The notes under the pieces: generated by a model
Told to the model about the DNA's origin: nothing
What the model saw: only the letters and a program-made list of their open reading frames with translations
Databases searched by the model: none
Shown: piece after piece, positions 25,331 to 40,000 of the stretch
Position numbering within the stretch: the stretch's first letter is position 1
Layout: the number at the start of each line of letters is the position of its first letter
Program-made: the position numbers and the translations under genes
NCBI GenBank assembly: GCA_028534125.1
Contig: CM052817.1
Coordinates: 32,676,001-32,736,000, forward strand
Direction of reading: 5' to 3'
From: Lama glama
Taxonomy: Eukaryota
DNA: 60,000 nucleotides

Positions 25331-27679
25331 AAGATAAATAATCATAGTAACAAATGTTCAGTTCTTCAGCATGACTTTAAAATGCATTTAATCCTTCTGA
25401 CAATTCTTTGAGGAAGGCACTATTATAAACCCTATTTTAAAGAAGAGAAAACTGAGGCTCAGAGAATTTCAGTAACTTGCCTGGGTTCATTTAAGCATTA
25501 TTTCACCAGAGCCTGTTACTCAAGAGTTATTTGAATTCTGTCAAGGGCAGTTTGCATGGAATGGTTTGGATATTGGATAATCCATACTGGGATGGATTAA
25601 TAAATGAGAGGGAGGTGAGAAAAGAGACTGAAGACATGTGGCTTTCAAGGGAAGGAGAGACAGAGTAGTAGACAATGGAAGAGCTCAAAGTTACCTTCAA
25701 GGAGTGGAGCTCTGCCTGGTTTGCAGAGACCTCCCAAATCCGGCTCTGCCCCACCTCCTCTTACCTTTAAATCAAGTACGGCACTCTCCCTTCCTGCTTC
25801 CAGGCCTGCAGCCTCACACCCCTCCCCTCCTCAACTGATTACTGTCCCTTCTATTTCAAGTCCACTCACTTCTCAAAACTCAGTTCAGACCTCACTCCCA
25901 GAGGAAGTCTTTTTAGTCTCATCTTCCTTGGTAGGTTTTTATCAAGGGTCACTTTTGACATTTCTTTAGAAGCCTAAGATACCTGGCACAATGCTAGGTG
26001 CACACAGGAGGCTCTCAGATAATTAACAGGTAATTAATTACTTACCTGCAACACTTGGCTCACTTTTTACTCACCATCCTGCTTTCCTGGGGGTTTGCTC
26101 TTTTCTCCAAGTTCTGATCTGAGTTATATAGAATTTTCAGCCCTCATGGGTATGGGGAGGGGAGGGTTTAGGTGGTAAGTGTGTGGTGAGGAGGTTGGAG
26201 CAAATGAACTTCCCTCATTTAGAAATGAAACTTTCTAGGAGAGATCTCAGCAGCTTAAGGGAGGCAAAGGAATCAGTGGAAGGGTTTGGTCATTTTATTT
26301 GTCCCTTTTTATCATGATTATTAGTACATTTGTCATCAAAACACGAGGAGCTAGTGAACCTAGAAGTGAGTCTTATTAGAAGGCGGGGGTAGGGGGCAGA
26401 TTGAGGGCCCAAGAGCTTTGAAAAGGAGGAAGTGCATCCATTGGGTTGAGGAAATTAACGTGAGATGCCCACATTTTCTTAGTGGACAGGAATGGAAGCT
26501 CCATGACTCCCGAGGGGTTTGGACTGTTTTGTTTACTGCCACATCCTCAGAATAGGAAGGCACATATAAGGCACTTAATACATTTGTTGAATGAGTGGTT
26601 GAAAGAGGATAAGATTGAAAGAGCTCTAAGAATAGACTCTCTGGAGTAAGTGAATAGTTGTTCTAATAGCCTAATGGGATTTAGAACAGGCTGTCTTTGG
26701 GGGTATTTACATTCCTTTCATGTCCATAAACACTACCCACAATAAGGGAAAGATGTATGCCTTCTCCCCAGATTATACCGTGGTGTGCTCCCAGCCTAGG
26801 TGTCATCACTTCCATAGCTTTGAAAACCTCCCTACCACCACTGCCACCTGGTGGGAGGGCAGGGATTCACAAGTGCACCTAGAATGAGACTTCCCTCAGG
26901 GGGCCTCACCTGTAATTCTCCTTTTTTGGCCCTGTCCGTCTAGAAAGCTAACAACCATGCGGTTCATTGAAAACAAGATAAGGCTGTCCTGAACTCTCTC
27001 ACTGTACAGCTTTGTCCCCTGTCAGGGGTTAGTGTTCTGCTCTTGCATTTCTTCTCAGAAAATAGGGTCAGGCAGCCAGACTAAGGGTGACACTGATCAG
27101 ACCACAGGAGCAGATCCTACTTCTTACTGTGGTGCCCTGTACCTTATAAATCTTCACATGTATGTGGGTCATTGCCTGCTGTCAGCAGTGGCCAAAAAGG
27201 TGGGCTGTGAGGCGCTGACAGTTCTGAGTGCTGTACACACTCATTTGATAAGCCTTTCAAGATCCCCAAGAACTAGGTAAATGGATTCAAAAGTTCCACA
27301 AGTACTAACTGAGTCACACGATTATCAAATGATTTATGTTGTCTCTGGTTCAATTGGAACCTCTGAAACAATAACACTGTAGATGCTTCCATTTTAAGCA
27401 CACAATGCTCATTATTGTTTAGACTTTATTTTTAAATAAAAATGACAATTCAACGTAGCTTATCTTCCTTTTAGCAGGGTGGTAATTATGAGAGATTTAG
27501 TTGGAGTCACTATTGTGAAATAATGTTTCAGCAACAGTTATTTATTGCTGATTCCTATTGGTTATTACAACTTTTTAAAAGAGCTCTTGTTATTAGCTCA
27601 GAGCATGAGCACAAAGCTTGAAATTTTTGTATGTTTTTAATGCTTTTAATTAAAACAAACATTCAGAATAATTAAAAAT

Positions 27680-30600
27680 GTTTTTTATTGAAATATGGTC
27701 ACTTTATAATCTGTCAATTTCTGCTGTACTTCATGGTGTTTCAGTCATACATATACATACGTATGTCCATTTTCATCTTCTTTTTCATCGTAGGTTACTA
27801 CAAGATATTGAATGCAGTTCCCTGTCCTATACAGAAGAAACTTGTTTATCTATTTTATATATAGTAGTTAGTATCTGCAAATTTCGAGCTCGCAAATTAT
27901 CCCTTTCCACCCCCTGTCTCCCCTGGTAACCATAAGTTTGTTTTCTATGTCTGTGAGTTTGTTTCTATTTTGTAAATAAGTTCATTTGTGTCCTTTTTTT
28001 TTTTTTAAGATATGACATATGAGTGATATCATATGGTATTTCTCTTTTTCTGGTTGACTTCACTTAGGATGATGATCTTCACGTCCATCTATGTTGCTGC
28101 AAATAGCATTATTTTACTCTTTTTATGGCTGAGTAGTATTCCGTTGTATAAATATACCACAACTTCTTTTTTCAGTCATCTGTTGGACATTTTAGGTTGT
28201 TTTCATGTCTTGGCTATTGTAAATAGTGCTGCTGTGAACATCGGGGTGTACATATCTTTTCAAATTAAGAGTTCCCTCTGGATATATGCCCAGAAGTGGG
28301 ATTGCTGGATCATATGGTAAGTCTATTTTAAGTTTTTTGAGGAATCTCCATATTATTTTCCATAATGGCCACACGAAACTACATTCCCACCAACAGTGTA
28401 GGAGGGTTCCTTTTTCTCCACACCCTCTCCAGCATTTATCATTTGTGGGCTTTTGAATGATGGCCATTCAGACCAGTGTGAGGTAATAGCTCGTTGTACT
28501 TTGGATTTGCATTTCTCTGATAATTAGCAATATTGAACATTTTTTTTAACATGCCTGTTGGCCATTTGTATGTCTTCATTGGAGAATTGCCTGTTTAGTT
28601 CTTCTGCCTGTTGTTGTTGTCATTAAATTATATCACCTATTTATATATTCTGGAGATTAAGCCCTTGTCAGTCACATCATTTGCAAATATTTTCTTCTAG
28701 TCTGTAGGTTGTCATTTTCCTTTGCTTATGGTTTCCCTTGCTGTGCAAAAGCTTATAAGTTTAATAAGGCCTCATTTGTTTATTTTTGCTTTTATTCCTA
28801 TTGCCTGAGTAGACTGCCCTAGGAAAACATTGCTAAGATTGATGTCAGAAAATGTTTTGCCTATGTTTTCTTCTAGCAGGTTTATAGTGTCTTGTCTTAT
28901 GTTTAAGTCTTTAAGCCATTTTGAGTTTATTTTTGTGTATAGTGTGAGGGAGTGTTCTAAGTGCACTGATTTACATGCAGCTGCCCAGTTTTCCCAGCAC
29001 CACCTGCTGAAGAGACTGCCCTTTCTCCATTGTGTATTCTTGCCTCCTTTATGAAAGATTATTTGACCAAAAGTCTGTGGGTTTATTTGTGGGCTCTCTA
29101 TTCTGTTCCACTGATCCATATGTCTGTTTTTGTGTCAATTCCATGCTGTTCTGATTACTATAGCTCTGTATTATTGTCTGAAGTCTGAGAGGGTTATTCC
29201 TCCAGCTTCATTCTTTTTCTTCAGGATTGCTTTGGCAATTCTGGGTCTTTTGTGATTTCATATAAATTTTAGGATTTTTTTTTTAGTTCTGTGAAAAATG
29301 TCCTGGGTAATTTGATAGGGATCTCATTAAATCTGTAGATTGCTTTGGGTAATATGGCCATTTTACCAATGTTAATTCTTCCAATCTAAGAGCATGGGTT
29401 ATCCTTCCATTTCTTTAAATCATCTTTAATTTCCTTAATCCATGTTTTGTTGTTCTCCACATATAAGTCTTTCACCTCTTGGTCAGATTTACTCCTAAGT
29501 ATTTTTTTCATGCAATTTTAAAAAGGATTATTTCTTTACTTTCCTTTTCTGATATTTCATTGTTAGTATAAAGAAATGCAACTGATTTCTGTATGTTAAT
29601 CTTGTATCCTGCTACCTTGCTGAATTCTTTTATCAGCCCAGGTAGTTTTCATATGGAGCCTTTAGGGTTTTCTATATATGGTATCATATCATCTGCATAT
29701 AGTGACAATTTTCCCTTTTCTCTTCCAATTTGGATCCCTTTTATGTCTTGTCTGATTGCTGTGACTAGGACTTCCAATACTGTGCTGAGTAGAAGTGATA
29801 AGAGTGGGCATCCTGGTCTTGTTCCAGATTTTACGGGGAAGGCTTTCAGTCTTTCACCGTTGTGTATTATGTTGGCTGTGGGTTTGTTATAAATAGTTTT
29901 TATTATGTTGAGATATGTTCCCTCTATACCCACTTTGGTAAGAGTTTTGTCATAAATGGGGTGTTGAATTTTATCAAATGCTTTTTCTGCATCAATTGAG
30001 ATGATCATGTGATTTTTGTCCTTTCTCTTGTTGATGTGGTATATCACGTTGATTGATTTGTGTATGTTGAACCGTCCTTGTGTCCCTGGAATGAATCCAA
30101 CTTGATCATAATATATGATCTTTATTGTCTTTTTTTATGTGTTGTTGGATTCTGTTTGCTAATATTTTGTTGAGGATTTTCCATCTATGTTTATCAACAA
30201 TATTGGCCTATAATTTTCTTTTTTGAGTGTGTCTTTATATGGTTTTAATATTAGAGTGACGGTGGCTTCGTAGAATGAATTTTGGGAGTATTCCCTTCTC
30301 TTCAGTCTTTTGGAAAAGTTTGAGAAGGATTATATGAGTTTTTCTTTGTATGTTTGGTAGAATTCCCCAGTGAAGCCACCTGGTCCTGGACTTTTGTCTG
30401 CAGGGAATTTTTTATTTCTGATCCTGTTTTACTTCCTAGTAATGGCTCTGTTCAAATTATCTATTTCTTCTTGATTCAGTTTTGGTGGAGCGTAAGTTTC
30501 TAGGAACTTTGTCCATTTCTTCTGCGTTGTCCAATTTGTTGCTGTATAGTTGTTCATAGTATCTCTTATGGGTTTTGTATTTATGTGATGTTGGTTGTTA
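27680..30600 (-). mobile_element. 5'-truncated LINE-1 (ORF2 RT/C-terminal remnants + 3' UTR)
   Basis: The ORF track gives L1 ORF2 peptides ([68 protein letters not shown]) with many disruptions. Confidence 0.95.
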
Positions 30601-30601
30601 A

Positions 30602-30687
30602 TTTTTTTTAATGGAAACACTGGGGATTGAACCCAGGATCTTGTGCATGCTAAGCATGCACTCTACCACTGAGCAATACCCTCCCCC
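30602..30687 (-). mobile_element. Vic-1-type SINE
   Basis: The reverse complement reads ggggagggtattgctcagtggtagagtgcatgcttagcatgcacaagatcctgggttcaatccccag, with A and B boxes. Confidence 0.85.
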
Positions 30688-30699
30688 TGCGAATATTTA

Positions 30700-31450
30700 A
30701 TTTTAATTAAAACATACATACATGCATAAATCTTAAGTGAATTGTCACAGAACAGGCACACCTGTACAGCCACTACCCAGGTAAAGAAATAATAGAACTT
30801 TACTGCCATCACTGAAGTTCTCCCTCATGCTTCTCCCAATCACTGTCCTCTGTCTCCCCAAGGGTAACCTCTCTTCTGACTTCTAAAACCATAGCTTAGT
30901 TTTGCCTAGGTTCTTTTTGTGTCTACATAAATAAAATCATGCAGCCTGTAACTCTTTTTCCCCCGGCTTCTTTCGCTCAATATTATGTTTATGAGATTCA
31001 GCCATGTTGCTCAGAAAAGCTGTAGCTCATTAGTTTTTGTTGTTGTATAGTATTCCACTGTATGAAGACATCATAGTTTATATACAAATTCAACACTGAT
31101 GGATATTTAACTCATTTCTAGGTTATTACCAGAAATTCTTCTGTGAATGTTATTGTATGTGTCCTTTGGTAAACACATGCACACATTTCTGTTGGGTATA
31201 CACTTAGGTGTAAGTTGCTGGGTCATAGGGTATGCATGTGTTCAACTTGGACCAATAATGCCAAACCTGTTTTTAAAGTGGTCATACTAACTTACATTTG
31301 CACTAGCAGCATCAGAGCTCTCCTTGCTTCACATCCTCCCTACAGTTAGTATTATCAGGCTTTTTAACTTCAACCATTTTGGTGACTGTATGTATATGTG
31401 TATATGTATATATATATTTGTATTTCATTGTGGTGTTAAAGTACTGTATT
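30700..31450 (-). mobile_element. L1ME-type 3' end
   Basis: aaggtaacc/tctgacttcta-type 3' UTR motifs and gttgctgggtcatagggtatgcatgtgttcaac. Confidence 0.7.
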
Positions 31451-32589
31451 TTAATTAACAACTAATTAAGTTTCCTTTTATAGTGGAACAGAGAGAACCA
31501 TATATAACTTCATAATGCTCTTTAAAATATTTTTGATACTGAGTCCACACCATCCTATTTCCTTTTAGACCCATCTCATGAGCAGTCTATGTCCCAACTA
31601 ACATAAAACCAATAACATAGACATGTGAACCATCTAGCAAACAGAAGGATTCATCAAATGTCTCCTCAAAACAAAGCAAGATAGAGAAATGAATGGTCAA
31701 CAACTGTAAGCAACAACAGAAAAACAACCAGCTTTTAAAAAATGAAGGGTAAACTATAGAATAATTGAGTCTTACAGTTAGATTCATCTAATTCAACCAA
31801 CTTGGAACCAGGAGAGGTTAAATGATTAAGACCCATACCAACTGCAAACAAAGCCAGAACTAGAATTCTAGTCCATACACCCCTAGTCTTTTATAGGATA
31901 CCCAAAATTTTACTCAATGTACTTTCTTAAGTCTAAAATTTCTCTTTAAACTCAATTTAATTTCCCAAAGTATGGATTAATTTTGTAAGTGCACTTAGTT
32001 AACCATGAGAGAACCCTGCGTCCACATGTTGTAATTATAGAGCTGTGTTTTCTCTCTGACTAATTAGAAGACAACTTGACACTGGAATCCAATCCCAACA
32101 GAACATGCTATCCAGCTGTCACTCTTCAGAAAGACAAAAGTCTGTCTCAGTTCTCACTACTTTCTTTGCCAGCAAGTCAGGGCTTAGAGTTTTATAAAGC
32201 AATCCATATAAATATTCAACTCTGTCTTTCTCTGAGGACTCAAGGGGTCAGGGCACTAGTTCTGTAATGCGATAGCTTCCTTATAGGAAGATGTCACCGT
32301 TGACCCACGATCAGTAGACCGTGGACTTTGAGTTATGGCTCTTCACTCATCCATACACATTCATCCAGAGCTTCTAGATGACAAATGACACACAACTGCA
32401 AATGTCTAGCCTCTGGCTACTGATGAAAATATAGCTAATTTATCCCTAGAAGGTTCATGGTTTGAGTCTCTGCTAACAGCATCAGAAAACCAGCTACAGA
32501 CTCTCTCACCATCTTGGTCTGGGAAATAATAAGTTCTCCACTATTTCACTGCGATATTAATTTAAGGTACTGTATCCCCTAAAATCAAA

Positions 32590-32905
32590 AGCCCCAAAGT
32601 GATGGCCCACAGACATATTTAGTTTAACCATCATGGTGTTTGAAGTCTATTTGAATTAATGCCAACATCTGAAATCTAGAGAGTTCACATAAAAATTTAG
32701 ATGATCAGAATTATCTCTTGAAATATCAGAAACTCTTGCCATTCGGGGACCTCATTCCTGGTAATAGCCAGGAGAAGCTGACTGGGATGGCTGCCTTCAG
32801 TGGGAACGTGTCTCCCTAATTCATCAGTCTCCTATCTAGGCCTCTTCACTCCTTTAGGCTGCCTTCGCAGCCCCCATAGCCATTTGAATTGATGACTTCT
32901 GCCCT
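32590..32905. mobile_element. MER102-like hAT element
   Basis: ggcccacagacatatttagttt...tttgaattaatgccaacat...ttcacataaaaat. Confidence 0.6.
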
Positions 32906-34399
32906 CATCAAATAGTATCAAGGCCAGGTTTCTGCTGGGAGCTCAGTGCCAGGGCTTTGGCAGCAACTTGAAGAATCTCAAAGCAGGCTGGGTACAATTC
33001 TGGTCCCCTGCGGGGCCCTGCTGGATTGCCCAATGCTGTCCTTTGCCATGCCCTTTCTATGGGCTGGATGTTGGCACAACGCAGAGCTTCGCGGGCACAC
33101 AATGGGGCTGCATTCATTCAGGGAGATCTGGGACTTCCGTTACGCCCCAGGAACCTGATTGCCATTCTCTCTTCCCAAGTACAGGGCAGAAAAATGCTGA
33201 GAGAAGTAGTTTAGCTTTCTCTAATTTGCAGAAAATTCAATTGGCAAGATCTGCAAGTTTGGCTCTTCTTCTAAGCATCTGTATTTTTTACCCCTGTGAG
33301 TCAGTGCATTCAACAATGCTATTTAAAATTCAATAAATAAAGGCAAATGAAATTACAAAAATGGATCATCACTTTTGTGGAAAACCAACTAAACAAGTGT
33401 TTTCCTCAAAATGTCGAGCATTAGGGGACGTTAATAAAATACTGAAAGTGTGTTCTCTGGAGGAGATGAGCAGTTCAAAAATGGGCCGTATGATAACAGT
33501 GCTAAGGGATCCTTCAAGTACGAATGGCACCCCATTTCCTAATGGATGTGGAACCATGTCAACTGATGTGATGGCACAGATCATGCAGTGGAAGCCTCTG
33601 GGGCCCAGGGGACCACAGCTGTGCAGGATCTGAGGATATGGACCCGAGTAACACTGGTCCATGGGACTCCACAGGAGTGGTTAGTTAGACCCATGTGAGC
33701 CACATTGTACAGGATTTGCTCTTGTGAAGGTTTCCTGAGTTCTAATAACAATAGGTATTTGGAATCCAGATTGTCCCAGCCAGGGTGCAGCACTGGAAGG
33801 CGTCCAGGACTGCACAGCACTACTCTTGTCTGCTGGGTCCTTCTTGAAGGAGCTCATTTATCCATCCTCTCTTTTCTTAAATTATCAGTGGTCATTGATC
33901 TTGTGACCTTATTGTGAAGTAACTGCTCAGATGTGTAAAACCTCCTTGGTGCTTTGTCCCCATGCTCTGAGGAGGTCATCCCATAAAGCTCTCCATTCCA
34001 TAGCTTTCATTCCATTTTAGAAATCCCTAGAGAAGTTTGTTAGAAATGCAGATTCCAGAGCTGTACTTCCGAAGATGCTGGCCCAGTAGATCCCGGTGAG
34101 GACCAGGAATTTAATCGTTAGTAAATGCCCCAGGGGATTCTGATAGCTATGATCTGTGGCCAGACTGTGAGAAATGCTGTCTCAGAGGGCTGATGCCAAC
34201 ATTTCATGATTCCATCTCCAGCATCAATTTTCAGGACATATTTTTGATGAAATGTAAAACATAAAAATCTTGAATTCATGATAATATGAAACCACTGTAT
34301 CATTGAGGCTGTATTACTCTGAAATTTCAGGGTGGGAGGGGAAGGCAAAGGAAGAGTTTATCTTGCTTTTCCCTTATGACTTATTTTTGGGGGTAATCA

Positions 34400-35400
34400 A
34401 ATAGTGTTTGAGGGGAAAGTTGTTCTTTGTAGAAGTCCAGCTAGTAAGTACAGAAGGAATGATTTTTTTAAATTTCTAATTGCTATTTTACAGCAATTAA
34501 TAGAATAAAGAGATTAAGGAATGAACATAAGTGGAAACAAAAGCCATTCAGTGAAAGGGTAATGGCTAACTTGGTAGTGGAGGACACCACCTCAACCCAC
34601 TGATGAAGCCTAGAAAAATGGGACAAGTGTGCCTTGTGATGTGACGCACCCAGAAACACTGACGTCTTCTTGCCCCCACATTCAACTTGAATCTCATCAA
34701 GCCAGTTAATAGAAAACAAACAAGTTAGATAAAAAGAAACAAGTTAATTGAGGATAAAGAAACATGTTAAATGACCATAAGGGGAAACAAAAAGATGCAT
34801 CCAGAATGTGGGTCATTTTACAGGACAGATTACCCTATTTCTACAACAAATCAGTTATCAGGTAAAAGAGGAGAATTTTGTTCAAATAAAAGAGACATAA
34901 AGACATAGCCAAATGCTATGTGCCGATCTTGTTTGGATTCTGATTGGAAAAAAAAAAAACAACTGTAAAAAGAGTTTTGAGACAATCAGGAAAATCTGAA
35001 TATGGACCTAGTATTAGATGATAATAAAAAAAAAATAGAGGCAGGAGGGTATAGGGTATCTAGCTCATGGCAGAGCACATGCATAGCATGTACAAGGTCC
35101 TGGGTTCAGTCCCCAGTACCCTCATTAAATAAACACACCTAATTTCCTACCCCCCAAATTAAAAAAAATTATCAGGTGTGATAATGGCATATAGTTATGT
35201 TTTAAAATGTTTTTTATCAACCTGGAAATGCACACTAAAATTTTTACAGGTGAAATGACACCACATCTGGAGTAGGTGGGCAGAGGAAATGAGATTGGCA
35301 AAATATTACTAATTGCTGAAGATTGGTGCTGAGTGTGTGAAGCTTCTCCTTATTTGGGGGCATGCTTGGAATTTTCCATAATAAAAAGTTCCAAAAGTAT
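34400..35400 (+). mobile_element. L1MC-type 3' end (interrupted by SINE)
   Basis: ccagaatgtgggtcattttacagga...gatcttgtttggattctgatt...gaaatctgaatatggac. Confidence 0.65.
35041..35168 (+). mobile_element. Vic-1-type SINE
   Basis: tagctcatggcagagcacatgcatagcatgtacaaggtcctgggttcagtccccag followed by an aaataaa...cctaatt tail. Confidence 0.8.
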
Positions 35401-36649
35401 ACTTTAGTTGTAGGCACTCACCCCTTACAAGTCAGGCTAGGAGTCAAGAAGTTTAGGTTATTACTCAGGAATTAAACACTACGTTCTACTGGTAATTCTC
35501 CTATAAATGCCCACTAAGTTTTCATATCCTGGAATCCATTTTTTTTTCTCTCACAGCCCAAAAATCACTGGTGGTTTTTGCCCCTGTTACCCACTTCTGT
35601 AGTAGCTTAATGAGATGCGCAAGGTAAGTGGAACTCCATTTGCTGCTTTGGCTGAATGAGAACCATTAAAAGACCATTAGAAGTATCACTCATCTATTAA
35701 GTAAAAGGAAACCCTTGTCATTAAATTAAAGGAAAACCACTCTTCATACTGAGGAGTTTTTGGTGTTTAAAATACACTATTTAGGTAGTGAAACAAATTA
35801 GAAAAAGTGTTGAAGCAAAAAGGGTTGTACTTTGTTGTAGCCTATTTCTAGAGGAAAAGGGGAGCTCTCTTAGAGTATTTCCAACTTACTTTGTTCTTGG
35901 TCACCTAACAGAAAATGGCTTCAGATTAAGGGTTAAAATTTCCTGAATCAAAAGTTAGTCCAATTAATGAATCCAAGTGCGTTTGTAAATGTTGAGGTCA
36001 ATACTGTAAATATCGATGCAGTAATTTAATTCTTAGAGGCCATTTGGCTTTCATAGCCTTTAAAGCTAAATTTGGCTACTTCCCTCACTCCAGGGTGGCT
36101 AATTAACATCCACAATTCCCACAGTGAAGGATGAACATCGTTTTTTCAGATGTCCATCTCCAACCCAGAAGACATCAGCCAGGGTATTAACTTAGGCCCT
36201 TTTTAGTTATTCTGTAAGTAATATTTCCAACTTTATTTCTAAAAAGTCTTGGTCAATAAACTACCAGTTTCTCTTACCGCTTTTCTGTGAAATGTCAAAC
36301 GCTATTAAAATCAAGATTTAGGGACACCTAGCAGAGTTTCTCAAGGTGTATTCTGGGAATACCTGCATCAGAATCAGCTGGTGTGTTAAAATGCAGATTC
36401 CTGGGCTCCCTCTCAAGTCAGACTAAATCAGACTCCCCACTGATGGAGCCTGAAATTCTGCACCTTTAGCAAGTGTGCCCCGTAGTTCTTTCACCCACTA
36501 AGTCTGGCAACCAAGGTTTCTCTCAGTCTTTGAGAAAAATAGAGGATAAAGACACAGGTGAACAGCAGCAGAAGGAAGCAATGAGGCAGCATGTGGAACA
36601 CACCACAGGACAACTGACCTGATATCTTCAAAAAGTCGAAGTCATGTCC

Positions 36650-37085
36650 ACCAGCTGATAAACAGGTAAGCAAAACTTAGTACATCCAATTAATGGAATA
36701 TTATTCAGCCATAAAAGGAATAAAGTCTAGCAGTGCATAGCACTTCTCTTGTTTGTTGGGCCTTGAAAACATTATGCTAAATTTAAAAAGCCAGAAACAA
36801 AAGACCGCATCTTGTATAATTCCATTTACATGAAATGTCCAGAATAGGCAAATCCATAAGGACAGAAAGTAAATTAGTGGTTGTCAGAGGATGTGGGGAG
36901 GAGGGATGGGAAGTAACTGTTAGTGGGTCAGAGTTTCTTTTTGGAGTGATGGACATGTTCTGGAATTAGATAATGGTGGTGATTGTACAATTCTATGAAT
37001 ACACTAAAAACTACTGAGTTGCACACATTAAAAGGGTGAATTTTATAATATCTGAATTACATTCCCAAAACTGTTATTTAAAAAA
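36650..37085 (+). mobile_element. L1MB-type 3' end
   Basis: gaaaacattatgctaa...tgaaatgtccagaataggcaaatccata...gttctggaattagataatggtg. Confidence 0.8.
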
Positions 37086-40000
37086 TTAAAGGCATTGGAA
37101 CAAAAAAATAGGAGGGCATTTTTTTTTCTAGACGAAAAGGCTCAAAACAAATTCTGAAGACATAACTAAAATAATAAGTAAATCTTGTTTGAATTTTGAT
37201 TCAAACAAACTGTAAAGGAGACATTTTTAGACAATGAGGGAAGTTGAACATGAACTTGTAATTACTGTTTATTTTCCTAGCAATCATGCTGGCATTGTTG
37301 TCAGGTACGATTATGTCTTCTCTTCTGAGATTAATACTGGAATATTGGGGGTGAAATAAGATCTTATCTTCTTTGACAAAGAAGGGAGATAAACAGAACA
37401 AGTGTGCAAAATAAATGCTGGTTTTGGTTGATAGTTGTTGATTGGAAGATCAATACACAGGGACTTGTTGAATTCTATCTTTGTGCATATTTAGAAATTT
37501 TCATGATAAAAATTTAAGAATGAAGGAACTCAGGGCATCTTGATTATTTTAATTTGTTTTGATTCCAAAAATTTCAGTTGTACCTGCAATGTTAGGTTGA
37601 GACTGAGGGGCAAATATTAGAGTCACGTTCTTACATTTTAGATTTTCAGCAGGAAAAGGTCAAGGGGAGAATTGAGAATAATTCCGTTAACTCAGAGAAA
37701 TTAATGGACAGAACAGAAAGGCATTGAGCTCAGTTACTTGGTCATTTTTAAAAAAGAGAAAAGCTATTCACACTCTTTCCTCAAAAGCCACTTTAAGTTC
37801 TAAGAGGATGAATTCTTGTTAACCAAATATGCAGTTGATAATTACTCTAAGCAATGAATTAATTTCATATCAAAATCAATTTTTACTTTGAGGCTAGGTG
37901 CTAGACTTAACATTTTATTGTAGAGAACTTCCTAAGGTGATACAGTGCTTCAGAACCCAACTTTATAATCTTTGTTAGAGATTTAGTTGTCTTAAAAACC
38001 TAATGCTACACACACACACAAACACACACACACACTCCCACATACCCAACTTAATACTGAATCTTTGACCAGAGAATTAACCCAAATGACTACGTCTTTC
38101 TTACGGGAGCATGCTACCTGTTTTCAATCACTGTTTTCAGTATTACAGAGTGTGGCCTATCTGCTTCATAATCAGATCCAATTTTCTTCTCAAATGTCAC
38201 TTGGCATGATAACCCTTTTGCCAGCACGTGAAATCACCTTGACTAGGAAGTCCTCTTTGCCTGGGCATCAAAAATCTTGGACATATGAATTACAAACATT
38301 CTTTTTAGGTTTTTGATACTGAGGAGGTTGTTTGCAGTGCCCTCTTCATGAAGAATTTCCATCTGGAATCTTTGTATTTCTCTTGAGTATCTCCCTGATT
38401 TGTTTCTATTTTCTGATTTTTACTTTTACTGCCAGGCAAATCAGAGCAAATTTTTTAGCTGTATTCCATCAAGGATACAGAGTTTCATGGGTTGTATTTT
38501 GTGTACTAGCCTCAGACTTTATCTTATTTTCCCTGCAGTCCAATTTCCTCACTGTGTTTTTCAAATACCATTGTAATGTATTCTTGTAAACTACATTCAC
38601 ACTCTTTTTGGACTAAAATGGGATATAAACAATGAATAAACAAAAGAATGAACAACAATAAATTAGAAAAAAAATTACAATACAAAAACAAATACAAAAA
38701 ATATTACAAACAAATACAAGTCATTTTCAAGTTCATGGTTAATTCCATCTCCCTTTTAATATGTACCACTTCTTTCTTTATACATGGATGTCAAGCTCCC
38801 ACCTGACATTTATCAACTATGAACGAGCTGAGTTTTACCACACAAATGGAATGAAGGGACTAAGAGGGCTTCAGATTTTTTATTAGGATTTTTTTCTGTT
38901 GGAAAACAACAAAAAAAGTGAATTTAAAAAAGGCCTGAAGAAGATACTGGGATTAATATTTCTGTGCAAGACAGTAAAAAAAAAAAAAAAGAAGAGGAAC
39001 ATGTGATATATAGTCCATCTCAAAGAGGGTGGAGAAAAGCAGTGTCAGACTGTTTCCAGATCACTTCCCAGCAGCTTTTATGTCCAGAGGGCTTAGTGGC
39101 TTCTCAGAGAGTGAAGCAACTGGCCATCTTTATGTTCGAGTCTGGATTTTAGGGAGACTTTCTGTGGGGTGACCCATCATTTCTAAGTATGTAAAACTAA
39201 CCTCATTTTATATAGGAGAGATTGCTGAGCATCAGAACTAAGCTTCTCCACCACCGCAACTCCCAGATTTGGCTGAGACCTTCTGCCCACTTCTGGTAAC
39301 TGGATCCATCGCCTAGCACCCTGTCAGGTCACTGGTGGTCCTGCCTGCTCATACCAAGCTCTTCCTACAGCCAGGGTCATGTTGAATCTCAGCTTGGTGA
39401 CCCAGATGCTGCTCTCTGCTTTATGTTTGGAAGACTCTGAGATGAGAAAGGTGAAGGGACAGCAAACTGGTGTTCTCTCTGCCATCTTAACCCATCTTAC
39501 TGTAATCTGATGAATATCTGCCAAGTAGTGGCTGGCTGCTAGGATTATTGATAAATTGTATTACATTTCTTCCCACGAGATCATCTTAATCACATCCTTA
39601 AACCACAGCCTGCATCAGGTCCTATCATCCCCTGTTTAAAAATGCTTGAGCAGCTTTCCATTGTTCTCAGCATAAAATACAAACTCCTCCAGTGCCTCCT
39701 GCATGGACTGGCCCCAATCCACTCTCTTTACAGGCCTCTCTGCTCCTACATCCTTAAGTTCCATTTACACTTTGGGGTCCTTAACAGGTCAAGCGTTTTC
39801 CCATTTCCTGTTCTTCCTCCAGGCTCTACTACAGGCAGGTCTTTGTGCCTGTAGACCCCCAATCCCCGAGATGCCTACCTCGATCAGCCAATCAAATGTA
39901 GGCCATGTTTCCCTTTCCACTCCACCCACCTGGGGAGAGCAGTGTACTATAGTGTTTTGAGGGGCTCTGCCTTCAAGCTTTTTGGGTTCGAACCCCAGAT

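Noticed and set aside
30620..30687. tRNA-Ala-like sequences
   Set aside because: These are SINE heads with A-rich tails and divergence, not tRNA genes.
32900..33960. Cluster of short ORFs suggesting a processed pseudogene
   Set aside because: No recognisable protein in the frames examined and no poly(A)/TSD. It may be an enhancer, but that is unsupported.
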